Counted from the first letter of the stretch, positions 27,112 through 36,802 are shown. The stretch: DNA of 64,000 nt from Candidatus Gottesmanbacteria bacterium RIFCSPLOWO2_01_FULL_43_11b (GCA_001780985.1 MFJV01000001.1:517099-581098), one strand, 5' to 3'. The notes: generated by a model not told the origin, from the letters alone. Numbers and translations are program-made.

Positions 27112-28310
27112 TTTCTTCCAGTGTCGGATTTATAATGCGGATTGATCGTACGCTCTATATGAATATTCGCACATTTCTCATCGGTTTTCTGGTAGTACTT
27201 TTTATTGGTGGCGTTGGTTACAAAGTTTTTGAACGTCAACAAGAGGGGTCGTTTGTTAACTGGTATGACCAAACGTTGAAGGAAGAGTTCGACTTATCAG
27301 TTGAGGTCAATAAGGCACAAAAAGAAGGGTATTCAAGTGTCCAAAATTACACAACAGCCGATGCCAACCGCCCGCTTTCTGATACCCTTGATTCAATTGA
27401 TGAAATAATTAGCGCGACAAAACTACTTCAAAATCAACAGACAGAATACAACCGCGTCGTTGAAGAAAATCAAAAAGATGTAGAGAAATTCGTTCGCCGG
27501 GCAAAATTTTTCTTTAGCAATAAAGAATATCAAGAACTCCTACAAACTCTCACCGATTCTTATGGAGAGCGCAAATATATTCGGGATGTTAATAGTATCA
27601 GAATCGATTTTATTCTTAACCTTTTTGAGGTTTTGCGCGATTTCGAAATTGCGCAGGATCACTACAGAAAATACGGTAGTTCCTCATTCGAGACAATCGG
27701 AGATACCTACGGAGAGCTATCTAGCCTTGAAAAGTATGCACAGAATGACTTTTCCTTTAAAAATCAAGAGGCGATAAAAGAGAAGTTGTCGTTTGAATTT
27801 GATGTTTTAACACGGTACCGTGAATATCTCAAGTCGTATTACGTAGTACTCCGAGATCTTGCAAGGGGTAATTACGACACTGCTTCATATAAACGGGGGA
27901 AACTCGCAACCGACTCCTATAACCTCGCTATCGATTGGGACAGACTGTGGAGAGACTCGGACGCGGTAGTTTCTAATAAAACAAAATCTCTCTTGTCTTC
28001 CTATCTTACCCAGTGGGAGGCAGTCAATGATCTCGGAAAAGATTTTTCATCACTTGACTTACTCCTCTGTCGCATTTATTCGACAAAGCTTGACCTCTAT
28101 TCGATTGTCACAGATAAAGAATCTCATGCAACATCAAGTGGAGATCTCCTTTTGGATCTATCTTCCGTGGCTCCTAAAACGACGGATCTCGACAAACTCG
28201 TTGATGCTTCCATTATCGAGTACGCATACGCAACAGATAGCGCAACACTTTTTACTTGTCACAACCGGAAAACGAATGAGAGTTACACGTTTAGTTACTC
28301 CATGAACTAG
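27108..28310 (+). CDS. membrane-anchored hypothetical protein (helical ectodomain)
   Basis: 400 aa with an N-terminal TM helix (IRTFLIGFLVVLFIGGVGY) and a long charged helical region. No motif. Confidence 0.45.
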   Translation: MISSSVGFIMRIDRTLYMNIRTFLIGFLVVLFIGGVGYKVFERQQEGSFVNWYDQTLKEEFDLSVEVNKAQKEGYSSVQNYTTADANRPLSDTLDSIDEIISATKLLQNQQTEYNRVVEENQKDVEKFVRRAKFFFSNKEYQELLQTLTDSYGERKYIRDVNSIRIDFILNLFEVLRDFEIAQDHYRKYGSSSFETIGDTYGELSSLEKYAQNDFSFKNQEAIKEKLSFEFDVLTRYREYLKSYYVVLRDLARGNYDTASYKRGKLATDSYNLAIDWDRLWRDSDAVVSNKTKSLLSSYLTQWEAVNDLGKDFSSLDLLLCRIYSTKLDLYSIVTDKESHATSSGDLLLDLSSVAPKTTDLDKLVDASIIEYAYATDSATLFTCHNRKTNESYTFSYSMN

Positions 28311-30210
28311 ACTCACTCACCAGATCTTCTGCTTTGATTGCATTTCCGCCGATTTTGAAAAGAATAGTGTTGACGATATCCAACGCATCTTCCCCCCCAA
28401 GGTAGGGAATAATTTGGAAGTAGTACTTGCTGTCATTCCAAAATGAATCTCCATATCGTTCGTTAAGCAGACTTATGAGAAGTTTTTCATCTTTGGTAAA
28501 ATAAATCCGTTCTAAATCTTCACGGGAAAATTCTTCCGAGAATTTACTCATAATAGGATAGATTGACGGATACCCCAGACCTACGGGAGTATGAAGTTCT
28601 TTTGCAATAATTTCTCGTGCAAACAGTTCCGTTAACCCCTCTTCAAAAAATTGTGGCAGTGATCGTTCCTCAGAGACGTAACTTGTGTAATGGAGGTATT
28701 CATGAGCCAGCACCGCGAGGTAATCTGCAAGAGCTGTGTCACTGGTTGATTCTAAGACTACTTTAATTGTACTGGGTTCTTCAAAAAGTCCGAGCTCATA
28801 GGGAGTGGTATCTTTTTGCGTTTCGACTAAATCTCGGTATCGCACGAGGATGTCTTTGGCTTTTTGATATTCAGCTAGATTTGCTTGGTCGACGTTGAGA
28901 GCTTGTTCCCAGTCGTATATATTTTCATAGTATCCATCGATAATCGAATTCCATCGGTTATATTCCGCTTGGCACTCAGCATCGCTATAGTATCGATAAA
29001 AACCAAAGTAGTAGGAGGAGTATCCGGCTGACATGCAGTACTGATAATCGGAATCACGATTGGAGATTGCACTCTCGATTGCCGCTTGGTTGTTCGCAAT
29101 GCCGGCACGGTCTTCGTTAATTGCTGCATATGCTTGGTTTATAATCCTTTGGGCTGTTGCAATGTGGCCATCAAGCTCTTCGAGTTGTTCATTAATAAGA
29201 TCTTCGCGGTACTTTAAATATTCTTGCCGCCCCATAACCGAAAGCGTTGGTTCTTCTTTGATGTACTTAGGGTTAAAGTAGGATCGCACCATGAGTCTCC
29301 CCAGCGTTGGACTGACTGATTCAATTGCGTTTTTATCAAGTTCCCTAATAATAAGGGTATTATTTGGTAAAAGCGCCATTCGCCCAGGGAGCGAAACGGC
29401 TAATGCGGGCAATTGAAGTGCTTTTGGAAAAATTATTTGTGTAATGAAAGAAGAGTATTGTTTTTTTTGTGTCAAAAGTGAGGTGAGAATTGTTGAGGTG
29501 AGATTTTGTCCCTCGCCAACAAGAGTCGGGAGAGCCTGTGTTTCTTTAAGATGATCGACGATAGCTTGTGGCTCTGTGATAATTCCGTGTTTTTGTGCCC
29601 CGTCACTCGTTTTGAGATCGCTACTCATTGCGCGCGCCTCTTCCTGCACTCGACGTACAGAAAAAAAGATCGTTGCGCTAGTACTCAGTATCGAAACCAA
29701 AACCGTACCAATCAATAAAACAGCAAGCATGGCACGCCGCAATTTAAGGACGAATACTGCAAATAGGATCGTCAAAATAACAGGGAGAAATTGTATTGTC
29801 CAAGTCGCAACCTCTGCTTTAAAGAGGCTTATGTAGAATGCAAACAGTGGTAGTTTAATAAGTGTTGACTGTGGAGGAGTAGAAAGGGATGGGATTGTGA
29901 CCGAATAAGTGAGAACTGATTGGACGAGAAAAAAAGCTCCAAGAACCAGTCCAAGTTTTTTCATGAACAGCTGTTGAATAAGTTTTCGAATGTCCTTGCG
30001 AGTTACGTTAGGTTTTTTCAGACGGAAGCGGAGGCGGGGAAAGGAGAATGAAATACGGCGATTAAGGTGGGTGAGATTAGATGTAAGAAGAACGGCAATA
30101 ATTGCAGCAATAACTCCGAGTAGTGCGAAGAGAATATCCTGCTCTTTATATGCAATAAAAAAGAGTGCCCCTGAAATGATGGCGCCAGCAAAAACAGAAA
30201 GACGTTGCAT
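28291..30210 (-). CDS. polytopic membrane protein with C-terminal putative zincin-like metallopeptidase domain (HExxH)
   Basis: 639 aa. About 6 TM helices lie in the first ~210 aa. A large hydrophilic domain follows and contains LAVLAHEYLHYTSY (HExxH) with a downstream Glu-rich segment (FFEEGLTELFAREI). Confidence 0.45.
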   Translation of the reverse strand: MQRLSVFAGAIISGALFFIAYKEQDILFALLGVIAAIIAVLLTSNLTHLNRRISFSFPRLRFRLKKPNVTRKDIRKLIQQLFMKKLGLVLGAFFLVQSVLTYSVTIPSLSTPPQSTLIKLPLFAFYISLFKAEVATWTIQFLPVILTILFAVFVLKLRRAMLAVLLIGTVLVSILSTSATIFFSVRRVQEEARAMSSDLKTSDGAQKHGIITEPQAIVDHLKETQALPTLVGEGQNLTSTILTSLLTQKKQYSSFITQIIFPKALQLPALAVSLPGRMALLPNNTLIIRELDKNAIESVSPTLGRLMVRSYFNPKYIKEEPTLSVMGRQEYLKYREDLINEQLEELDGHIATAQRIINQAYAAINEDRAGIANNQAAIESAISNRDSDYQYCMSAGYSSYYFGFYRYYSDAECQAEYNRWNSIIDGYYENIYDWEQALNVDQANLAEYQKAKDILVRYRDLVETQKDTTPYELGLFEEPSTIKVVLESTSDTALADYLAVLAHEYLHYTSYVSEERSLPQFFEEGLTELFAREIIAKELHTPVGLGYPSIYPIMSKFSEEFSREDLERIYFTKDEKLLISLLNERYGDSFWNDSKYYFQIIPYLGGEDALDIVNTILFKIGGNAIKAEDLVSESSSWSN

Positions 30211-30251
30211 GCGGGGCGTATTATACGCCTAAACGTTAATTGAGAGCAACT

Positions 30252-30518
30252 TTACTTCCCGTGCACTCTGTTCCATACCCAGGCAAACACCCAGCCGAAC
30301 AAATATCCTACCACAAAGGTGACTGCGACAAGTGTTATCGCTGTGCCAAGGACAAAATCCCGTACAACGAACGGATTGTTTAAGAAATGGAGACCGATAA
30401 CAAAATCAAGATACGGCTGTGCCATGCCTGCCATAACCATGAATGACCAGACAACATGGACGAGCGCAAAGAATCCACCCGCCGCCATCCCAGTTGTGTG
30501 TCCATCAAGTTTTTTCAT
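30252..30518 (-). CDS. small integral membrane protein, hypothetical
   Basis: 88 aa with three TM helices. Confidence 0.35.
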   Translation of the reverse strand: MKKLDGHTTGMAAGGFFALVHVVWSFMVMAGMAQPYLDFVIGLHFLNNPFVVRDFVLGTAITLVAVTFVVGYLFGWVFAWVWNRVHGK

Positions 30519-30698
30519 GTATTCTCACCCCCTTTCGTTGAATTCATCCTTCACTATCCTAATTATAGTCTTTATACAGTTTTGTAATTTTAGGATCGAT
30601 CACGTACTGGCAGTAGGGTTGATAGGAATTTTTTGTATGCATTTATTTCCTTACCTTGACAATTTTTCCTTACTATTGTATAGTTTCCTTACTATACT

Positions 30699-30953
30699 AT
30701 GCAACAAATCGCCACTATAACAACAAAGCGACAACTCACGATTCCGGCCTCAATGTTTGAAAAAATAGGCTTGCAATCCACTCGAAAAGTATCTGTCCGA
30801 GCGGTAGGAAATCAGCTTATTATTGAACCCGCTACGTCGTTGGTCGAATCTCTTGCAGGATCAGTCCAAGTTCCCAAAAAATACCGGGGGAAAAGCGCAG
30901 ATGCAATGATAAAAATGGCAAAACGCGAATATTTCAGAAAAAAGAAACCATGA
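30699..30953 (+). CDS. vapB: type II antitoxin, AbrB/MazE/SpoVT family (VapB-like)
   Basis: 84 aa with a swapped-hairpin-like N-terminus (IATITTKRQLTIPASMFEKIGL...KVSVRAVGNQLIIEP). Its stop overlaps the PIN gene start. Confidence 0.7.
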   Translation: MQQIATITTKRQLTIPASMFEKIGLQSTRKVSVRAVGNQLIIEPATSLVESLAGSVQVPKKYRGKSADAMIKMAKREYFRKKKP

Positions 30954-31339
30954 TTTTTGTCGACACAAATTATTTTCTCCGTTTTCTTCTTGCTGATATT
31001 ATTGATCAGCACAAAAAAGCGAAGGCTCTGTTTCTTTCAGCAGCAGAAGGGAAAAAGAAGATTTTTACCTCGACAATTGTTATATTTGAACTCTATTGGG
31101 TTCTCACGAGTTTTTACGAAAAAAATAAGAAAAATGTTGCACAGGTTCTAAAACAGATACTCAATATGCACTTTGTGAGCATCGAAGAACGAGACATTTT
31201 GAATATGGCTGTTGATGTATATCAGAAAAGTGCTTTGGATCTTGAGGATGCGTATAATATGGTATACGCGAAAACACATGAAGCAAAAATGTTTGAAACG
31301 TTCGATAGAAAACTTCAGAAAATTTTTGTCAAAAGTTGA
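30950..31339 (+). CDS. vapC: type II toxin VapC (PIN-domain ribonuclease)
   Basis: MIFVDTNYFLRF (first acidic residue), E in IVIFELYWVL, D in LDLEDAYN. This is the PIN catalytic tetrad spacing. Confidence 0.8.
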   Translation: MIFVDTNYFLRFLLADIIDQHKKAKALFLSAAEGKKKIFTSTIVIFELYWVLTSFYEKNKKNVAQVLKQILNMHFVSIEERDILNMAVDVYQKSALDLEDAYNMVYAKTHEAKMFETFDRKLQKIFVKS

Positions 31340-31881
31340 GCATGAAAATTATCGATCTGACGCAAGAGCTATTTGACCACATGTCGGTGTATCCCGGAGA
31401 CCCGGACTTTATTATTGAACAAGTCCAAACGCTCGACAAAGAAGGCTGGAACATGAAGCGGATCCATATGAATCTTCACGATGGAACACACGTCAATGCA
31501 CCAATCCATGCAACAACAAGCGGTAAGACACTCGACGCTCTCCCGCTTGAGCGGTTTATGGGGAAATGTGTGCTCTATAAAGATGACATTATTTTTGAAC
31601 CGAACGTGGGGGTAATTTTTTCTACTCAAAATATCGATATGCCTATAGCAGAGAAAATGATCAAACCACCGCCAAAATTTGTCGGTCTTTCAGAAAAATT
31701 TGAATTCGATATAGAAGTAGAAAAATATTTACTTGCCCATGACATCATTTCATTTGAAAATCTCACAAATACAGAAGCATTACCGGAATCATTTACCTTC
31801 TACGGTTTTCCCTTACGTGTTCGGGGTGGCGACGGTTCTCCGGTCCGTGCAGTTGCAATCATCGATGAGCATAACTTATGA
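31336..31881 (+). CDS. cyclase-family protein (kynurenine formamidase-like fold)
   Basis: HDGTHVNAPIH matches the HxGTHxDxPxH metal-binding motif of the putative cyclase family (PF04199). Confidence 0.7.
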   Translation: MSMKIIDLTQELFDHMSVYPGDPDFIIEQVQTLDKEGWNMKRIHMNLHDGTHVNAPIHATTSGKTLDALPLERFMGKCVLYKDDIIFEPNVGVIFSTQNIDMPIAEKMIKPPPKFVGLSEKFEFDIEVEKYLLAHDIISFENLTNTEALPESFTFYGFPLRVRGGDGSPVRAVAIIDEHNL

Positions 31882-32750
31882 ATGGAGAAGGCGATAAAGA
31901 TCATTTTCAACGAGCTCTCGAAGCCGAAAACCAACGAGCACAAGAATATCTTCAAACTTTGGACATATCGGATCCGAAACTGAAAGAGAGAGCTTCCCAT
32001 ATTCTTAACACTCTTTATAGTAAAGTCCTCCGTTCAAAAATTTTTCCAGATAATAGCTATCGGTTAGTTGTTGATCGGCTTGCGTCCCTTACACAAAATA
32101 ACGGAACGATTCACGTATTTGGTGCTCTTGCTGCACCAACCGCGGAGAAAGAAGCGGGAGCATATATTTCTCTTCATGAAGCATTTACGCGGGAAGGTTT
32201 TAATATGAATCTGGGGATACTGTTTGTGAATTGGCAATATCTCCCCGTGGGGAATGAATACTTAGGTTTTGAAGAATTAACTGGACAGCCAGTTCAGTCA
32301 GATGCATTTCACGCACAAATATATCCGGCAAGAAAAATACTTTCAGAGATCCCATCGATAGCTATTAATACGTGGGAATTTAACTTAGGCCGCCGAGAAA
32401 AAAGAACATCTATGTATGCTGATAGCATTATAAACGCGCCTGAGGAGATACAGAGAGCCGCTTATCTTATTAACCCACTAAGTGAGGGGTGGACAGAAGA
32501 AGCACAAAACAGTCTCGAAAAACTTGAGCAATTCTATAGTAAAAGGCGGTCATTAGATCAACATGGGACAATTCAGCCAGAATTTGATTGGATTATGCGT
32601 AGAGCTGTGGGTATGTGGGTGAGCGCGCAAGCGCAAAAAGTTCCAAATTCTTCTTTCATGACAACGACAGAACTCAATGCTAAACTTCTCCCTTTTTATG
32701 GAACCCCAAAAGGGTTACCCATTTTGAATCTTAAGATCCCCGCAATATAA
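31878..32750 (+). CDS. hypothetical protein
   Basis: 290-aa ORF whose start overlaps the upstream stop. No recognisable motif. Confidence 0.45.
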   Translation: MNGEGDKDHFQRALEAENQRAQEYLQTLDISDPKLKERASHILNTLYSKVLRSKIFPDNSYRLVVDRLASLTQNNGTIHVFGALAAPTAEKEAGAYISLHEAFTREGFNMNLGILFVNWQYLPVGNEYLGFEELTGQPVQSDAFHAQIYPARKILSEIPSIAINTWEFNLGRREKRTSMYADSIINAPEEIQRAAYLINPLSEGWTEEAQNSLEKLEQFYSKRRSLDQHGTIQPEFDWIMRRAVGMWVSAQAQKVPNSSFMTTTELNAKLLPFYGTPKGLPILNLKIPAI

Positions 32751-32751
32751 T

Positions 32752-33384
32752 TTACTGTTTTCCTCGTTTGGGGTTTGTTGAGCGGATTTCTTTTTTGATG
32801 ATTGTTCCGGAGACCGACTCAATGTGGTAGAGGTAGACTTCGCCTGTACCAATTTCCAAATGAGGGATATCGGCATCGGAAATATTTTCTAAGTGTTTGA
32901 CGAGTGCACGAATGCTATTGCCGTGAGCGGCAACCAGGACATGTTTCCCTTTTTTTAAATCCGGAAGAATGCGTTTTTTGTAATAAGGAATAACACGAGC
33001 ATGGACGTCTTTAAGCGATTCTCCTTCCGGCACCGGGTGATCCCAACTTCGTCGCCAGAGCATAAATTGTTCTTCTCCGTATTCCTCTTTAATTTTCCAC
33101 TTATTTTTGCCGGTAAGACTCCCATAATTTCTCTCTTTAATCGCACGGTGTTTTTTTACCGGTATTTCTAAACGAAGTTCTTTGAGGATAATTTCAAGCG
33201 TTTCCTGTGCTCGACGAAGATCTGAGGTATGAGCAACGTGGAAGGAAATCTCTTTGAGCACATGAGCTGCTTTTCGTGCTTCCTCTCTCCCGTTATCAGA
33301 CAAATCAATATCCGTCCACCCGGTCCACTGACCGAGTGCATTCCAGAGCGATTCTCCGTGCCGAATGAGAGCAAGGTAACTCAT
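32752..33384 (-). CDS. gpmA: 2,3-bisphosphoglycerate-dependent phosphoglycerate mutase / histidine phosphatase family
   Basis: LIRHGESLWN (RHGxSxWN), RRAQET and the HGNSIRAL second His motif. The start is taken at the Met preceding SYLALIRHGES (33382-33384). Confidence 0.75.
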   Translation of the reverse strand: MSYLALIRHGESLWNALGQWTGWTDIDLSDNGREEARKAAHVLKEISFHVAHTSDLRRAQETLEIILKELRLEIPVKKHRAIKERNYGSLTGKNKWKIKEEYGEEQFMLWRRSWDHPVPEGESLKDVHARVIPYYKKRILPDLKKGKHVLVAAHGNSIRALVKHLENISDADIPHLEIGTGEVYLYHIESVSGTIIKKEIRSTNPKRGKQ

Positions 33385-33447
33385 CAGGATAATTATACAA
33401 AATTTGCTTTTTTGATATTTCCCTGCTAAAGTGACGAAGACAATTAC

Positions 33448-34053
33448 ATGCAACGACTTCTCATCGCAATAGTGCTTTTCCTTCTAACAACCAGGGTCTT
33501 GGCAAGTGAAACAATTCCTCTTCAATTTTTTAGCTATACACAGATGAAGCTGCCGGTGTCGGGAGTTTTGGAATCGTGGCAAGAGGCGTCGGGATCCGGA
33601 ACATATACGATAGGTGACAGTGGTGAGGTACAGCTTAGTTTTACCTTCTCTTCACTCGTGCCCGAGAGTTCATACCAACTCATGTGCTTTCGTACACAAC
33701 TTCCTCCGACGAATCTCACTGATGAACAAATATGTTCAGATGGAGATTGGTCAAAGTACTCATTTCGATCCGACGGGAGCGGGGCCGGCACAATTGGGTT
33801 ACGTTTACCAGCGCTACTCCCCGAAACCACAGCAGAACAAACCACAGTGCTCGCCCTTAGCTACAGTCCTAATGGGGCAAGTAGTAGTGTTCATTTATTA
33901 TCAATAATCCCCATGCAAGAGGAGGCAGCAAAATCAGAAGCAGCACAACCACAAAAAATGCGATGGGGAATAATTATTGGAGGACTTCTATTTGTTGGAC
34001 TAGGTGCGTGGTGGGTATGGAAAAGGACTCTTCCTAAAACCTCTGATATTTAG
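33448..34053 (+). CDS. secreted protein with C-terminal membrane anchor, hypothetical
   Basis: Signal peptide and a C-terminal TM (WGIIIGGLLFVGLGAWWVW) with a basic tail. No motif. Confidence 0.4.
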   Translation: MQRLLIAIVLFLLTTRVLASETIPLQFFSYTQMKLPVSGVLESWQEASGSGTYTIGDSGEVQLSFTFSSLVPESSYQLMCFRTQLPPTNLTDEQICSDGDWSKYSFRSDGSGAGTIGLRLPALLPETTAEQTTVLALSYSPNGASSSVHLLSIIPMQEEAAKSEAAQPQKMRWGIIIGGLLFVGLGAWWVWKRTLPKTSDI

Positions 34054-34466
34054 ATGCGGATCTTATACCGCTTTGTATGCACGCCTCCTGTTGTGAGCGT
34101 TGTTTGAATAAGGAGACTCGCATTTCTTATATTGTAGTGTGGTGTACACACCCCATGACTGCAGGTGCCAAAGTATAAATCACGACTATCGCTCGTTTGC
34201 CCTGATACAACAAGTGATCCCACGACCCCCTGTGAAATTCCGTTTGATGTATAGTTTAGTGTATACCTAATTTTCGATACTCGATTGAGATTTAAGAATG
34301 TCGCAATAATGCTATTGGTTGCTCGGGAGAGCCGTGCGCTTGAGTATGCCACACCAGATGCGACACTTCCCCCGGTTGATTTTCTCACGCGCAACTTTGC
34401 AGCAAGAACCGGATGTGTTGATACAAGTAAAAACAAAACGAAAATAAATATTTTCGTGAATTTCAT
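34050..34466 (-). CDS. secreted hypothetical protein
   Basis: 138 aa with an N-terminal signal peptide (IFIFVLFLLVSTHPVLA). No motif. Confidence 0.35.
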   Translation of the reverse strand: MKFTKIFIFVLFLLVSTHPVLAAKLRVRKSTGGSVASGVAYSSARLSRATNSIIATFLNLNRVSKIRYTLNYTSNGISQGVVGSLVVSGQTSDSRDLYFGTCSHGVCTPHYNIRNASLLIQTTLTTGGVHTKRYKIRI

Positions 34467-34482
34467 GCTACACTTCTATAGT

Positions 34483-35085
34483 ATGAAGAAATCCGTTGTA
34501 TTTGCAATCATCATAGGAATTCTTGTAGGTACAGCGAGTGTCGGCGTATATCTTTGGAGTAGAAAAAAAACACAGGATTTATCTCAGATTCCTCAACAAG
34601 AGGTACAAGCAAATCTTCTCGATTGGAAAGATCCGAACGGATTTTCGTTTCAGTATCCCGAGGGAGTCGCTGTTAATAAACACGATGAGGATACCCAAAA
34701 TTACGCGCACATAGAAATGACTCGTTCGCAAATTCCCGGTAGTTTAATCGTTTGGGGGAAAGATACGACTGCTGCTGATGTTTCCGCTTGGGTCAAAACC
34801 GAAAAGTCATTTCGCGATGCATCAATTGTCGATACAACCCTCGGTGGTCAACCGGCCAAAAAAATTCTCATATCATCTCCGACAAAAAAAGTTATCGTCG
34901 GGACTATTTTTGATGAGATCCTGTGGTTTATAGAAGTAGAATCGGGTGAAGGTGACTATTGGCAAAAAACACTCGATACAATAGCAGGAAGTTTTAAATT
35001 TATTCCTCTTGCCGGAGAAGTCTCTGGCGGCGATGAGAGTTTTGTAGAAGAGGTGGCAGTGGATGAAGAAGAAGTAATCGAATAA
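34483..35085 (+). CDS. membrane-anchored hypothetical protein with acidic C-terminus
   Basis: The track ORF starts at 34285, overlapping the minus-strand gene. The ATG at 34483 (MKKSVVFAIIIGILVGTASVGVYLW) gives a signal-anchor. The C-terminus is Glu-rich (EEVAVDEEEVIE). Confidence 0.45.
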   Translation: MKKSVVFAIIIGILVGTASVGVYLWSRKKTQDLSQIPQQEVQANLLDWKDPNGFSFQYPEGVAVNKHDEDTQNYAHIEMTRSQIPGSLIVWGKDTTAADVSAWVKTEKSFRDASIVDTTLGGQPAKKILISSPTKKVIVGTIFDEILWFIEVESGEGDYWQKTLDTIAGSFKFIPLAGEVSGGDESFVEEVAVDEEEVIE

Positions 35086-35087
35086 TC

Positions 35088-35789
35088 ATGGAACAGTATA
35101 TTATTGGTCACCGAGGCGCAGCAGGACTTGCTCCGGAAAATACACTCAAAGCTTTTAGAATTGGATGTGAAAATGGAGCGGACCTTGTTGAATGCGACAT
35201 TCACTTAAATAAAGACAAGGAACTCGTTGTCATTCACGACAATACTCTTGAGAGAACGACGAATGGGAAAGGGTGGGTGAGAGATTTTACACTCAAGGAG
35301 TTACAATCCTTTGATGCCGGCCAGGGAGAAAAAATTTCGACACTTACTGAAGTATTTGATTTAGTCAGCTCATACAAAAAAAAATTGGTTATTGAAATTA
35401 AAGGTGAGTCGTGGGAAATTGCACAGGAAACAACAAAGAAACTCGTAGAATTTATAAAAAGTAGAGATATCCTCGCTCATATCCGGGTTGTCTCTTTTTG
35501 GCATCAGGCAATAACAAACATAAAAACCATTTTCCCTACGCTTAAAACAGAAGTTATTATGATGATTGGATTACCCCCAGAAGAGTTGATTAGTCTCATT
35601 TTAAGATCGAATGCCGATGGTGGAGCAATCCGCTATGATTATATCTCTCCACAATTAATATCATTAGCCAAAAACAATAATTTATTTATCGCTGCGTGGG
35701 TGATGAACGATGAAGACTCATTCAATTATATGAAATCGTTAGGAGTAAACGGATTAACAACAGATCTTCCAGGAAGATTCAAGCTTTGA
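35088..35789 (+). CDS. glycerophosphodiester phosphodiesterase (GDPD family)
   Basis: GDPD signatures HRGAAGLAPENTL, ECDIHLNKDKELVVIHD and IEIK. Confidence 0.85.
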   Translation: MEQYIIGHRGAAGLAPENTLKAFRIGCENGADLVECDIHLNKDKELVVIHDNTLERTTNGKGWVRDFTLKELQSFDAGQGEKISTLTEVFDLVSSYKKKLVIEIKGESWEIAQETTKKLVEFIKSRDILAHIRVVSFWHQAITNIKTIFPTLKTEVIMMIGLPPEELISLILRSNADGGAIRYDYISPQLISLAKNNNLFIAAWVMNDEDSFNYMKSLGVNGLTTDLPGRFKL

Positions 35790-35933
35790 TAATTTTGTAT
35801 TTTACACTGCTTGTGCTATACTTCACACTGTCCTGGGAACAAAGTGTGGCAAAGGCCTACAAAGAGTCCTCGTTTACGGGTTTTCTCTTTAGGCGTCCTG
35901 ACTTCAAGTCCTAAGGAGAAAGGAAAATCCAAT

Positions 35934-36200
35934 ATGGCAACTAATTTGTTTGTCGGAAATCTTCCGTACAACATGGACGACGCCGGGTTGAACGATACGT
36001 TCAAACCAGCAGGCACCGTCGCCTCTGCCAAAGTGATCGTGGATAAATATTCCGGTCGATCACGCGGATTCGGATTTGTCGAAATGTCATCCGATGAAGA
36101 GGCCAAGAAAGCTGTTGAAATGTTCAATGGCAAAGATGTTGGCGGTCGAGCTTTGGTCGTTAATGAGGCTCGTCCTCGAGAAGAGCGACCACGACAGTAA
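35934..36200 (+). CDS. RRM-domain RNA-binding protein (glycine-poor Rbp type)
   Basis: The track ORF starts at 35811. The ATG at 35934, preceded by AAGGAGAAAGGAAAA, gives RNP2 (LFVGNL) and RNP1 (RGFGFVEM). Confidence 0.85.
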   Translation: MATNLFVGNLPYNMDDAGLNDTFKPAGTVASAKVIVDKYSGRSRGFGFVEMSSDEEAKKAVEMFNGKDVGGRALVVNEARPREERPRQ

Positions 36201-36331
36201 TTAAAATCGATTAGCACGTGATAAAAAGAGCGTGATGAGCACATAATCAAGTGTTTTTCATGTTCTTGAATCACGTGCTTATCGTATGGATTTGTTTCAA
36301 ATCCATACTTCTGGTACCATACGCGGTACCT

Positions 36332-36802
36332 ATGTTTCAAAGCCTGACCTATGGAGATTTAGAATTGCCTCAGGTTCGTGAGAAGATCCTCTCATTCCTG
36401 GCGGCGGAACCTGAGCGTAAATACGAGCTGGTTATAGGAACTGATTCCCAACCTCACAACGGAAGCGGTGTTGATTTTGTCACTGCCATCGTTGTCCATC
36501 GGATTGGACAGGGTGGTATTTATTTCTGGAAACGCATTGTCAATAAGAAAGTGTACGTTCTTCGCGAAAGGATGTATGCAGAAGCAGCGCTTTCATTAGA
36601 GATGGCGGAAACGGTTTTGGCACTCCTTCACAAAGACGGTATCACCAAATATGACGTTGAGATTCACGTCGACATTGGTAAATACGGCGACACGCGCGAG
36701 ATGATAACGGAGATTATCGGCATGGTCAGAGGAAGCGGGTACAATGTAAAAATGAAGCCGGAAAGTTATGCGGCGAGTAAAGTTGCAGATCGGCATACAT
36801 AA
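36332..36802 (+). CDS. DUF458 (YkuK-like, RNase H-like fold) family protein
   Basis: About 156 aa from the ATG at 36332. The segments IGTDSQ and DIGKYGDTREMI resemble the YkuK/DUF458 family. Weak assignment. Confidence 0.35.
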   Translation: MFQSLTYGDLELPQVREKILSFLAAEPERKYELVIGTDSQPHNGSGVDFVTAIVVHRIGQGGIYFWKRIVNKKVYVLRERMYAEAALSLEMAETVLALLHKDGITKYDVEIHVDIGKYGDTREMITEIIGMVRGSGYNVKMKPESYAASKVADRHT

